Positions 55,663-64,000 of a stretch of DNA of 64,000 bases are shown here, in pieces. The notes below the pieces were generated by a model that saw only the letters and a list, made by a program, of their open reading frames with translations, ran no database searches and was not told the DNA's origin. Origin of the DNA: Myxococcota bacterium (GTDB lineage Bacteria > Myxococcota_A > UBA9160 > UBA6930); contig OZ245002.1 of assembly GCA_965223415.1 (NCBI GenBank), positions 2,112,001 through 2,176,000 of the forward strand, written 5' to 3'. The translations under genes were made by a program, and so were the position numbers. Numbering within the stretch: position 1 is the first letter of the stretch; every line of letters starts with the position of its first letter.

Positions 55663-56535
55663 ATGCGCTTCAGCTACGCCGAGTCCATGTGCGATCCGCG
55701 GCAGCTGGCCACTCTCGCCGTTGAGGCGGAGCAGGCCGGCTTCCACAACTTCACGGTGCCTGAGAGCATCCTCTACCCGAAGGAGTCGGACGCCAAGTAC
55801 CCCTACACCCCGGACGGCAACCGGGAATTCCTGGACGGCAAGCCCTTCATCGAGCCCTTCGTGCTGATGGGCGCCCTCGGGGCGGTGACCGAGCGGATCC
55901 GCTTCACCACCTTCGTGGTCAAGCTGCCCCTGCGCCCGCCCGTGCTGTCGGCGAAGCAGGCGACGTCGGTGGCGTTCCTGACCGACAACCGGCTCGCGCT
56001 GGGAGTGGGTCTCTCGCCCTGGCCCGACGACTTCGAGGCCCTCGGCGTGCCGTGGAAGGGGCGCGGCAAGCGCCTCGACGAGGCCATCGACATCCTGCGC
56101 GGGCTCCAGACCGGCGAGTACTTCGAGTTCCACGGCGCGCACTACGACGTGCCCGCGCTCAAGCTGTGCCCGGCGCCGACGAAGCCGATCCCGATCCTGA
56201 TCGGTGGCCACTCGGAGGCGGCGTTCAAGCGCGCGGCGCTGCGCGGCGACGGGTGGATGCACGGGGGCGGCGGCCAGGCCAGCGATCTGGACGGAGCGAT
56301 CGCCCGCATCGGGGAGCTGCGCGCGGAGTACGGACGGGACAAGGAGCCCTTCGAGATCCACGCCATCTCGATGGATGCCTACACCCTGGACGGCATCAAG
56401 CGGCTCGAGGACCAGGGCGTCACCGATGCGATCGTCGGCTTCCGCAACGCCTACGAAGAGGATCGGACCCCGCTCCAGGAGAAGCTCGACGCGATCAAGA
56501 CCTTCGGAGACAATTTGATCTCGAAGGTCGGTTGA
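55663..56535 (+). CDS. LLM-class (F420-dependent-type) oxidoreductase
   Basis: AEQAGF, LRPP..AKQ, LGVG, PILIGG, GDGW. Confidence 0.9.
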   Translation: MRFSYAESMCDPRQLATLAVEAEQAGFHNFTVPESILYPKESDAKYPYTPDGNREFLDGKPFIEPFVLMGALGAVTERIRFTTFVVKLPLRPPVLSAKQATSVAFLTDNRLALGVGLSPWPDDFEALGVPWKGRGKRLDEAIDILRGLQTGEYFEFHGAHYDVPALKLCPAPTKPIPILIGGHSEAAFKRAALRGDGWMHGGGGQASDLDGAIARIGELRAEYGRDKEPFEIHAISMDAYTLDGIKRLEDQGVTDAIVGFRNAYEEDRTPLQEKLDAIKTFGDNLISKVG

Positions 56536-56539
56536 GCGC

Positions 56540-57010
56540 TTGAGGGCGCTCTTCACCTACGGGACGCTGATGTTCCCGGAGGTGATCGAGATCGTCGCGG
56601 GACGGGTTCCGCCGTCCGAGTCCGCGCGCCTGGTGGGATTCCGGCGCAGGGTCCTGCGCGGCGTGGTGTACCCGGGCCTGACACCGCGGGCTGGCGAGGT
56701 CACGAGGGGCGTCCTGTTCCGCGGCCTCGACGAGGCCGAGCTCTCCCGGGTCGACGCGTTCGAAGGTGAGCTCTACGAACGGGTCCCCTGCCGAGTGCAC
56801 GTGAGCGAGCACTCCGCTCCGGCCTCGACCTACGTCATCAAGGCGGCCCATCGCGATCGATTGTCACCGTCTGCCTGGGATCCGGAGGCCTTCCGCCGCG
56901 ACGAGCTGCGGCGCTACCTGGCGGGATGCCGGCGGTTCGCAGGGGCGCTCGCGAGCGGCCGGGCCGTCCTCGACACGGGCCGGATCGGCTCACGCGATCC
57001 GGATCGCTAG
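56540..57010 (+). CDS. Gamma-glutamylcyclotransferase (AIG2-like)
   Basis: LFTYGTL, YPG, D.FEG..Y.R. Confidence 0.9.
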   Translation: MRALFTYGTLMFPEVIEIVAGRVPPSESARLVGFRRRVLRGVVYPGLTPRAGEVTRGVLFRGLDEAELSRVDAFEGELYERVPCRVHVSEHSAPASTYVIKAAHRDRLSPSAWDPEAFRRDELRRYLAGCRRFAGALASGRAVLDTGRIGSRDPDR

Positions 57011-57565
57011 GCGAAGGACGAACCCGAGCGCGACCAGCCACACGAGACCCAGGCCGATCCAGTGGAACCGCTCGCTCTTCGACCATGCCAGGGACAGGTA
57101 GATGGCGGTGGCCAAGAGCCGGACCGTCGAAACCGCTACGAAGTTCGGCGGGTCCCGAACGGCGTCCCGCACATCGGTGAACGACATCAGTAGCGCGAAG
57201 ACGGGAAAGAGGGCGAGGACGAGATACGCCGGCCCGCTGTTCTGGAAGTACTGGTCGCGGGGAGCAGGAGCGTCCTTCGACGTGTCGATCTTGAGGATGT
57301 GGGCCGCAAGCGCGATCGACAGGGCCGGCACGGCGATCCCGAGGTACATGAAGAAGTTCCAATCCTCGAGGTCGCGTCCGATCCACAGGATCCAGAGGTA
57401 CTGCAGGCATAACCAGAGAAGGTACGCCGAGGCAGCGAGCTGCAGGGCGTAGGGCCGCATCCGCCTTCGGGCGCGGACCTGGTCGCTCCAGCCCTCGAGG
57501 ATCGCCGAGATCCCGAAGCCAATGACGATCGCGAACGCGATCAGGACGAATTCGAAGGCCGACAT
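56990..57565 (-). CDS. Hypothetical membrane protein
   Basis: MSAFEFV..IVIGFGI; about 6 hydrophobic segments. Confidence 0.75.
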   Translation of the reverse strand: MSAFEFVLIAFAIVIGFGISAILEGWSDQVRARRRMRPYALQLAASAYLLWLCLQYLWILWIGRDLEDWNFFMYLGIAVPALSIALAAHILKIDTSKDAPAPRDQYFQNSGPAYLVLALFPVFALLMSFTDVRDAVRDPPNFVAVSTVRLLATAIYLSLAWSKSERFHWIGLGLVWLVALGFVLRLAIRIA

Positions 57566-57590
57566 GGAGCTCCGTGCTGGAGCCCGGATG

Positions 57591-58091
57591 CTACCAGGCT
57601 CGGGTGGCGGGGGTGCCGGGAGCCCGAGAGCGAGCTTCGGGCTGAGGCGGATCCACCCGGAACCACCAGACCTCCACGCGCGCAGCCCAGGAATCGGCTT
57701 CGACGCCATACTTCGCGGCGATGGCGACGCGGAGAGCTTCCACCCGTTCGGGCTCCTCGATGCGCGCGAGCCGGCAGCGGTACACGCGGCCCGCGACGCG
57801 GATGCGCGCCCGCGGGTCGTCCATCGCCAGGTGGGGCCAGCGCTTGCCCGGGTTGAAGAAGTCGGCCGGGACGTGGAGGGCGCCGTCCAGGACGACGGCC
57901 CAGGTGTGCACCGAGCGCGGCTGCTCGCCGCCCACTTCCACCGCGACCCGCTCTTCGGCCGCGGCGAAGTGCCAGCCGCCGCTCGGGTACGGGTGCTCCT
58001 CGCCGTCGAGGCGGCCGCCCGGGAACGGGCCCACTGGCCCACCGCAGGCGAGGGCCGTGGCAACGAGCAAGGCGCCGAAGGTCCGTCCCAT
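57591..58091 (-). CDS. Hypothetical lipoprotein
   Basis: Lipobox-like LAC, GPFPGG.L.G, SV.TW, KYG. Confidence 0.72.
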   Translation of the reverse strand: MGRTFGALLVATALACGGPVGPFPGGRLDGEEHPYPSGGWHFAAAEERVAVEVGGEQPRSVHTWAVVLDGALHVPADFFNPGKRWPHLAMDDPRARIRVAGRVYRCRLARIEEPERVEALRVAIAAKYGVEADSWAARVEVWWFRVDPPQPEARSRAPGTPATRAW

Positions 58092-58116
58092 GGATTCGAT
58101 GGTAGACTCGCGCGCG

Positions 58117-59367
58117 ATGGTCGCCCCCCAGGCCCTGGATCAGCTGAATCCCTTCGACCCGGAGCTGCTCCGGGACCCCTGGGACTACTACCGGCGGCTG
58201 CGGGAGGAGGCGCCGGTCCATCGCGATCCGAACACCGGTATCTTCCTCGTATCGAGCTACGCGGCGGTGACCGAGGCCATCGCGGATTGGGAGACCTTCT
58301 CGAACCGCTTCGGTCGCGTGATGGGCGGAGCGGCGATTCCCGACGAGGTCGCCGAGGTCGTCAAGGACGGCTACGCGCCAGTGGACACGATGCTCACGGC
58401 CGACCCGCCGGAGCAGCGGCGCTTTCGCAAGCTCGTGCAGAAGCCCTTCAGCGCGAACCGGGTGGCGCGGCTCGAGCCGCGCATCCAGGCCATCGCCGAC
58501 GAGCTGATCGAACCCTTTTCCGGTGGCGGCCGTATCGATCTCCTCGCCCAATTCGCCCAGCCGCTCTCGCTCACCGTGATCGCCGAGCAGCTCGGCGTGC
58601 CGCGGGAGGACCTGCCGACCTTCCGCAAGTGGAGCGACGGCTTCGTCGCCCAGCTCGGACAGATGGCCGACGTCGCCGGACAGGTCGAGGCGGCGAAGCT
58701 GATCCTCGAGTTCCAGCGCTACTTCGCCGAGCGTCTGGAGGAGCGCCGCCGCGAGCCCCAGGACGACATCATCTCGGGCATCGTGCACGCGCGCGTCGAG
58801 GACGAGCGGCCCCTCGACCTGCCCGAGTGCCTCTCCATCCTCCAGCAGCTCCTCGTCGCCGGCAACGAGACGACGGCGAACGCCGTGACCGAGGGCATCT
58901 GGCTCCTGATTCGGAACCCGGACCAGCTCGCGCTGGTCGAGAGTGATCCTTCGCTGGTTCCCAATCTGGTCGAGGAGGTCCTGCGCCTCACGACGCCCAC
59001 CGCGAACATGTGGCGGGTGACCAACCGTGACGTGACGCTGGGCGGTGTCGACATCCCCAAGGACTCGATGTGCCTGCTCCGCTATGCGGCTGCGAACCGG
59101 GATCCGGCGGTCTTCCCGGACCCCGATCGCATGGACGTCCAGCGCGACAACCTCGACCAGCACATCGCCTTCGGCGCCGGCGTCCACTTCTGCCTGGGCG
59201 CCGCCTTGGCGCGCAAGGAGATGGAGGTGGCCTTCCGCAATCTCCTCGGCCGCTTCCAGGGCTTCCGCCTGGCAACGGGCGCGCCCGAGCCGGTGCACGT
59301 GCCCAATATCCTGCTATGGGGCTTCGAGTCGCTTCCCATCGAGCTCGATCCCCGCGTCGACCCCTGA
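58117..59367 (+). CDS. Cytochrome P450
   Basis: DPP, AGNETT, EEVLR, ANRDP..F, FGAGVHFCLG heme motif. Confidence 0.96.
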   Translation: MVAPQALDQLNPFDPELLRDPWDYYRRLREEAPVHRDPNTGIFLVSSYAAVTEAIADWETFSNRFGRVMGGAAIPDEVAEVVKDGYAPVDTMLTADPPEQRRFRKLVQKPFSANRVARLEPRIQAIADELIEPFSGGGRIDLLAQFAQPLSLTVIAEQLGVPREDLPTFRKWSDGFVAQLGQMADVAGQVEAAKLILEFQRYFAERLEERRREPQDDIISGIVHARVEDERPLDLPECLSILQQLLVAGNETTANAVTEGIWLLIRNPDQLALVESDPSLVPNLVEEVLRLTTPTANMWRVTNRDVTLGGVDIPKDSMCLLRYAAANRDPAVFPDPDRMDVQRDNLDQHIAFGAGVHFCLGAALARKEMEVAFRNLLGRFQGFRLATGAPEPVHVPNILLWGFESLPIELDPRVDP

Positions 59368-59391
59368 ACCCCCAACGGAGATTCCCCCGCG

Positions 59392-60006
59392 ATGAAGTTC
59401 TACGACTCGATCGGTCCCAACCCCAAGATGGTCCGCATGTTCGCCGCCGAGAAGGGCTTCGAGCTGCCGAACGTGCAGACGATCGACATCATGGCCGGCG
59501 AGAACCGCAAGCCGCCCTACACGGACAAGAACCCCGGCGGCCAGATGCCGGCCCTCGAGCTCGACGACGGCACGTTGATCGCCGAGACCATCGCCATCTG
59601 CGAGCTGATCGAGGAGCTGAAGCCCGAGCCCGTGCTGATCGGCGCCAGCGCCGAGGAGCGCGCCGAAACCCGCATGTGGGTGCGCCGCGTCGAGTGGAAG
59701 ATCATCGAGCCCCTGACCGGCGGCTTCCGCAACGCCGAGGGCTCGGCGCTCTTCAAGGACCGCATGCGCATCAACCCGGACGCCGCCGATTGGCAGAAGG
59801 CCGTCGCCCAGGACGGCCTCGCCTGGCTCGACGAGCAGCTCGCCGGCCGCACCACGATCGTGCCCGGGCGTTTCAGCCTCGCGGACGTGGCGCTCTTCGC
59901 GATCGCCGAATTTGGCACCCAGGTCGGCCAGGCGATCGATCCGGAGCTGAAGAACGTCTCGGCCTGGTTCGAGGCGACGAAGGAGCGAGCGAGCGCCGGG
60001 GCGTAA
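59392..60006 (+). CDS. Glutathione S-transferase family protein
   Basis: GPNP, NPGGQMPALELDDG, AETIAI, FSLAD. Confidence 0.93.
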   Translation: MKFYDSIGPNPKMVRMFAAEKGFELPNVQTIDIMAGENRKPPYTDKNPGGQMPALELDDGTLIAETIAICELIEELKPEPVLIGASAEERAETRMWVRRVEWKIIEPLTGGFRNAEGSALFKDRMRINPDAADWQKAVAQDGLAWLDEQLAGRTTIVPGRFSLADVALFAIAEFGTQVGQAIDPELKNVSAWFEATKERASAGA

Positions 60007-60241
60007 GGTAGGAGGACCTCACGCCGGGCGGGGTACCTACGCCCGGGTGCGCCTCCACGCCAGCAGCGCCCAGCCGCAGAAGCCAGGCGAGGCCCGCCTC
60101 GGGCACCGTCACGTTGACGAAGCTGTTCGCGATCGCACCGACTTTGTCCGTGGTGCGGGCCTCGACCAGGGAGTCACCGCGTTCCCGGGTTGTGGGCGCT
60201 CCGGCGGAGGCGCATTCGAGCCTAGGGAGGCGCCTCGTGGG

Positions 60242-60270
60242 TTGACAGAATAAATTTATTGCGTCAATTT
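60242..60270 (+). promoter_or_regulatory. Sigma70-type promoter with overlapping palindromic operator
   Basis: TTGACA-N17-CAATTT; 26-bp imperfect palindrome TTGACAGAATAAATTTATTGCGTCAA. Confidence 0.7.
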
Positions 60271-60277
60271 ACCCCCC

Positions 60278-60877
60278 ATGCCCCGCAACCTGTCCAGCGA
60301 AGAGGTCGAGGCCTTCCGCGAGCGGCTCCGCGTCGTGGCGGAGCGCCAGTTCGCCCAGCGGGGCTTCGAAGGCGTCAGCCTGCGGACGATCACCGAGGAG
60401 CTCGGCTGCAGCCGGATGACGCCCTACCGCTACTTCGCGGACAAGGCGGCCATCTTCGCCGCCGTCCGCGCCTTGGCCTACGAGCGCTTCGCCGCCGCCC
60501 AGGAGAAGGCGGCCGCCGACGCCAGCGAGCCCGCTGGCCGGCTCGGCGCCCTCGGCCGCGCCTACGTGGCCTTCGCCGTCGCCGAGCCCCACGCTTACCG
60601 GTTGATGTTCGAGCTGGCCCAGCCCGATCCGGACGAGCATCCCGAGCTGCGTGAGGCGGAGGCCCGGGCCTGGGCACCGATTCGCGACGGCATGCAGGCC
60701 GCCGTCGACGCCGGCCTGCTCGACGGCGATCCGAACGTCCTTGCCCATGCGTTCTGGGGAGGCGTGCACGGGATCGTGTCGCTCCACCTGGCCGGCAAGC
60801 TCGCCCACGGAGCGAGCATCGACGACGTCGCCGAGCCGATGCTCATGCTCCTCTTCCGCGGAGCGCTCCCCGCCTGA
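60278..60877 (+). CDS. TetR family regulator (WHG-type C-terminus)
   Basis: F..RGFEGVSLR.I..ELG.S..TPYRYF..K; YRLMF; W..VHG. Confidence 0.93.
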   Translation: MPRNLSSEEVEAFRERLRVVAERQFAQRGFEGVSLRTITEELGCSRMTPYRYFADKAAIFAAVRALAYERFAAAQEKAAADASEPAGRLGALGRAYVAFAVAEPHAYRLMFELAQPDPDEHPELREAEARAWAPIRDGMQAAVDAGLLDGDPNVLAHAFWGGVHGIVSLHLAGKLAHGASIDDVAEPMLMLLFRGALPA

Positions 60878-60907
60878 ACCTCTCCGCGCGCCCGCCCGGA
60901 GAACACC

Positions 60908-62446
60908 ATGACCCCGAAGACCCCGCTCGACTCGGACTGGGACGCGATCGTGATCGGCGCCGGCCTGGGCGGCCTCAGCGCCGCCACGCGGCTGGCGCGT
61001 ACCGGCCTGCGGGTGCTCGTGCTCGAGCAGCACGTGTTCGCCGGCGGCTACGCCCACCACTTCCTGCGCCGGGTGCGGGGCACGAAGATCGTCTACGACT
61101 TCGACGTCGCGCTCCACCAGACCGGCGACCTGCTGCCCGGCCGGTCGGTGCACCAGATGCTGACCGAGCTGGACGTGCTGCCGCGCATTCGCCTGAACCG
61201 CTTCGACGTCGCCTACCGGAGCCGGGGCCCCCGGCACGACCTCCAGATCCCCGCCGCCGCCGACGACTACGAGGCGCTGCTGGTGGAGCTCTACCCGGAA
61301 CAGGCGAAGGGCGTGCGCGATCTCTTCCAGCACCTGCGCGAGATCGACGAGCTCGGCGAGGGCGGCGCGCCCAGCGAGGCCGCCCTCGGCGTGTTCGACC
61401 TCTCCCTGAAGCAGCTCCTCGACCAGCACACGGACGACGAGCGGATCCAGGGGATCTTCTCGACGCTGTGGGGCTACCTCGGGCTGGTCCCGTCCCAGGT
61501 CTCGGCCTTCCTCTACGCGCGCATGTGGTCGAGCTTCCACTTCGGCGGCTGCTTCTACGTGAAGGGCGGCGGCCAGGCCCTCTCGGACGCCTTCGTCTCG
61601 GTGATCGAGGAGAACCGGGGGAAGGTCGTCCTGCGCGCCGAGGTGGCCGGCATCGAGACCACCGATGGGCGCGTGACCGGTGTGGAGACCAGGAAGGGCC
61701 AGCGCTTCCGCGCGCCCGTGGTCGTCAGCAACGCCGCGGCACCGCTCACCTACCATCAGCTCCTCGACCCGCCCGAGCTCGCCCACGCCGAGCTCGAGAG
61801 GGTGGACGGCCTGCCCATCGCCTGCTCGATCCATCAGGCCTACGTGGGCATCCGCGGCGACGCCACCAAGCTCGGGCTGCGGGACCGCGGTGCCTTCTTC
61901 AACACGACCTACGACTTCGAGGAAGAGCGCGAGGCCATGGAGAAGGGCGACTACCGCCGCCAGGGCTGGCTGCTCGGCAACCACGACATCGCCGACCCGG
62001 GCCACGCGCCGGAGGGCCGCTCGATCCTCCACGCTGCGCTGATGGCCGACGGTCGCCTCTGGCAAACGGACGGCGAGCAGGCCTACCGCGAGCGCAAGCG
62101 CGAGCTCGAGGCCTACCTGGTGGAGCGCCTCGCCGAGGCCATCCCGGACGTGCGCGAGCGCATCGAGGTGATCGAGACCGGCACGCCCCACACCATGGAG
62201 CGCTACTCCTCCAACCCGGAGGGCTCGATCTACGGCTACGCCTCGACGCCGGCCGCCCACAGCGTGCACCGGCCCGAGGCGCGGAGCTCCGTTCCCGGCC
62301 TCTACCTGGCCGGCGCCTGGACGTTCCCCGGGCCCGGCTTCTCGGGCACGATGCACTCGGGCCACCGCACCGCGGGCCTGGTGATCGAGGACTTCGAGGG
62401 CCGCAGCGCCGACGCGGCGGCCGGCCGCCGCGGGGACGAGGAATGA
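60908..62446 (+). CDS. Phytoene desaturase-family FAD-dependent oxidoreductase
   Basis: [32 protein letters not shown]. Confidence 0.9.
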   Translation: MTPKTPLDSDWDAIVIGAGLGGLSAATRLARTGLRVLVLEQHVFAGGYAHHFLRRVRGTKIVYDFDVALHQTGDLLPGRSVHQMLTELDVLPRIRLNRFDVAYRSRGPRHDLQIPAAADDYEALLVELYPEQAKGVRDLFQHLREIDELGEGGAPSEAALGVFDLSLKQLLDQHTDDERIQGIFSTLWGYLGLVPSQVSAFLYARMWSSFHFGGCFYVKGGGQALSDAFVSVIEENRGKVVLRAEVAGIETTDGRVTGVETRKGQRFRAPVVVSNAAAPLTYHQLLDPPELAHAELERVDGLPIACSIHQAYVGIRGDATKLGLRDRGAFFNTTYDFEEEREAMEKGDYRRQGWLLGNHDIADPGHAPEGRSILHAALMADGRLWQTDGEQAYRERKRELEAYLVERLAEAIPDVRERIEVIETGTPHTMERYSSNPEGSIYGYASTPAAHSVHRPEARSSVPGLYLAGAWTFPGPGFSGTMHSGHRTAGLVIEDFEGRSADAAAGRRGDEE

Positions 62447-63732
62447 GCGGGCGCCCGGGCTGGTACCGTCTCACCTGGTTCCTGGGTCGTCCGCCGGAGC
62501 TCACCGATCGCCAGTGGAAGGTGCTCGGGCTGGTTGCGATCGTCTCCCTCTTCGAGCAGTACGATCTCTATCTCTTCCAGTTGAACCTGAAGCAGATCCA
62601 GGCGGACCTGGCGATCGCCGAGGGAAGCCTGGGCCTGCTCGGCTCGGCGGTCCGCGCCGGCGCACTGCTGGCCATTCCGATCACCCTCGCGGCGGATCGT
62701 CTCGGGCGACGTCGGCTGCTGCTCGCGACGGTCGTCGCCTACACACTGCTGACGGGCGCCACCGCCCTGGCGCCAAACATGGCCACCTTCGTCGTGCTCC
62801 AGTTCCTGGCACGGGCCTTCGCCATCGCCGAGACGCTGATCGCAGTGGTGGTGATCGCCGAGGAGTTCCCGCCGGCCCACCGCGGCTGGGGGATCGGCGC
62901 GTTGGGCGCGATCCAGGCCTGTGGCGCTGGCCTCGCTGGCGCCGCCTTCGGCTTCGTCGATCTCCTGCCCCACGGCTGGCGGGATCTCTACCTCGTCGGC
63001 CTGGTTCCGCTGGGCTTCGTCGCCTACTGGCGCCGCACGCTGCCGGAGACCGAACGCTTCCAGGAGGTTCAGCGCCGCCGATCGGAAACGGAGGAGCAGG
63101 CGACGCTTTCCATCGCACCGATGCTGCAGCTGCTGCGCGACCATCCGGTGCGTCTCTGGACCCTGATGATCGCCGTGCTCGCCCTGGGCATCGCGATGAG
63201 CCCCGCCGGCTTCTTCGCACCCAAGTACCTCCAGGACGTGCACGGCTGGACCCCCGCCGCTGTGGCCACGCTGACGGTGCTCGGCGGGATGTTCGGCATC
63301 ATCGGCAACCCCCTCGCGGGATGGCTCAGCGACCGGCACGGCCGCCGCCCCGTGGCCAGCCTGTTCGCCACCGGGTTCGCCGTCGTCACTCTCGCCTTCT
63401 ACGGCCTCATGGGTCTGCTGGTCCCTGCGCTCTGGATCCCGCTCATCTTCTGCATGATGGGCACCCAGGTCACGCTGGCCGCCTTCGGCGCCGAGCTCTT
63501 TCCCACGGCCCAGCGCTCCACCGCCTCCGGCCTGCGGGCGGGGGCCGTGGAGGTCGGCGGAATGGCCGGACTGGCGGCGGTGTCGGTGCTGTTCGTGAGC
63601 CTGGGATCGAACTGGGCTGCGGTCATGGTGCTGGCCGGAGCGGTCCTGGTCGTGCCGGTCGTCGTCTGGATCGCCTTCCCGGAGACAGCGCGTCGCACCC
63701 TCGAGGAGATCACGCCGGACGCGCCGAGCTGA
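62443..63732 (+). CDS. MFS transporter
   Basis: ADRLGRR and [10 protein letters not shown] motif A repeats; about 12 TM. Confidence 0.93.
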   Translation: MSGRPGWYRLTWFLGRPPELTDRQWKVLGLVAIVSLFEQYDLYLFQLNLKQIQADLAIAEGSLGLLGSAVRAGALLAIPITLAADRLGRRRLLLATVVAYTLLTGATALAPNMATFVVLQFLARAFAIAETLIAVVVIAEEFPPAHRGWGIGALGAIQACGAGLAGAAFGFVDLLPHGWRDLYLVGLVPLGFVAYWRRTLPETERFQEVQRRRSETEEQATLSIAPMLQLLRDHPVRLWTLMIAVLALGIAMSPAGFFAPKYLQDVHGWTPAAVATLTVLGGMFGIIGNPLAGWLSDRHGRRPVASLFATGFAVVTLAFYGLMGLLVPALWIPLIFCMMGTQVTLAAFGAELFPTAQRSTASGLRAGAVEVGGMAGLAAVSVLFVSLGSNWAAVMVLAGAVLVVPVVVWIAFPETARRTLEEITPDAPS

Positions 63733-63752
63733 GCCGTGATAGGTTCCGGGCC

Positions 63753-64000
63753 GTGGTTCCCCGGCGCGTCGACGCGATCGACTGGTCCACCTGGACGGCC
63801 CAGGACACGGCCACCCTCGTCTTCGTGGTCGACGGCGAGCGCGTGCTCCTGATCCGCAAGAAGCGCGGCCTCGGCGCCGGCAAGATCAACGGGCCCGGCG
63901 GGAAGCTCGAGCCCGGCGAGACCCCCGAGCAGTGCGCCGTCCGCGAGGTGCGCGAGGAGGTGGGCGTCACGCCGAAGGAGCTCGTCCACATGGGCGAGCA
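63753..64000 (+). CDS. Nudix hydrolase (8-oxo-dGTPase/MTH1-like), runs off the window edge
   Basis: Manual translation: [40 protein letters not shown] (Nudix box). Confidence 0.9.
   Translation, partial: MVPRRVDAIDWSTWTAQDTATLVFVVDGERVLLIRKKRGLGAGKINGPGGKLEPGETPEQCAVREVREEVGVTPKELVHMGE

Overview
High-GC bacterial window dominated by a nearly complete, contiguous flagellar gene cluster (about 2.7-52.7 kb). It encodes export apparatus, MS/C rings, rod, P/L rings, hook, junction, a single short flagellin, cap, chaperones, one PomAB-like stator, FlhF/FlhG and CsrA/FliW. On the left it is flanked by a divergently transcribed pseudaminic-acid-type glycosylation operon (methyltransferase, pseG-like, wbqC, pseI). 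On the right (52.7-64 kb) are ordinary metabolic genes (HAD, K+ channel, LLM/F420 oxidoreductase, P450, GST, TetR-desaturase-MFS, Nudix). An intact IS630 sits between fliW and fliC. The notable feature is the regulatory wiring. fliA and flgM are missing from their usual slots, and flagellin has a perfect sigma54 promoter. Five strong plus two weaker sigma54 promoters are accompanied by a recurring 17-bp palindrome (consensus about CGTTKCA-N3-TGAAACG), a likely enhancer. Every two-component part in the cluster looks phosphorylation-dead: a His-less kinase and three receiver domains without the Asp, one fused to a CheC-like domain. Two unusual fusions (FliO-FliP and FliJ-MotE/FlbB) each carry an internal signal-peptide-like segment. 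All calls are by-eye motif recognition; no database searches were run.
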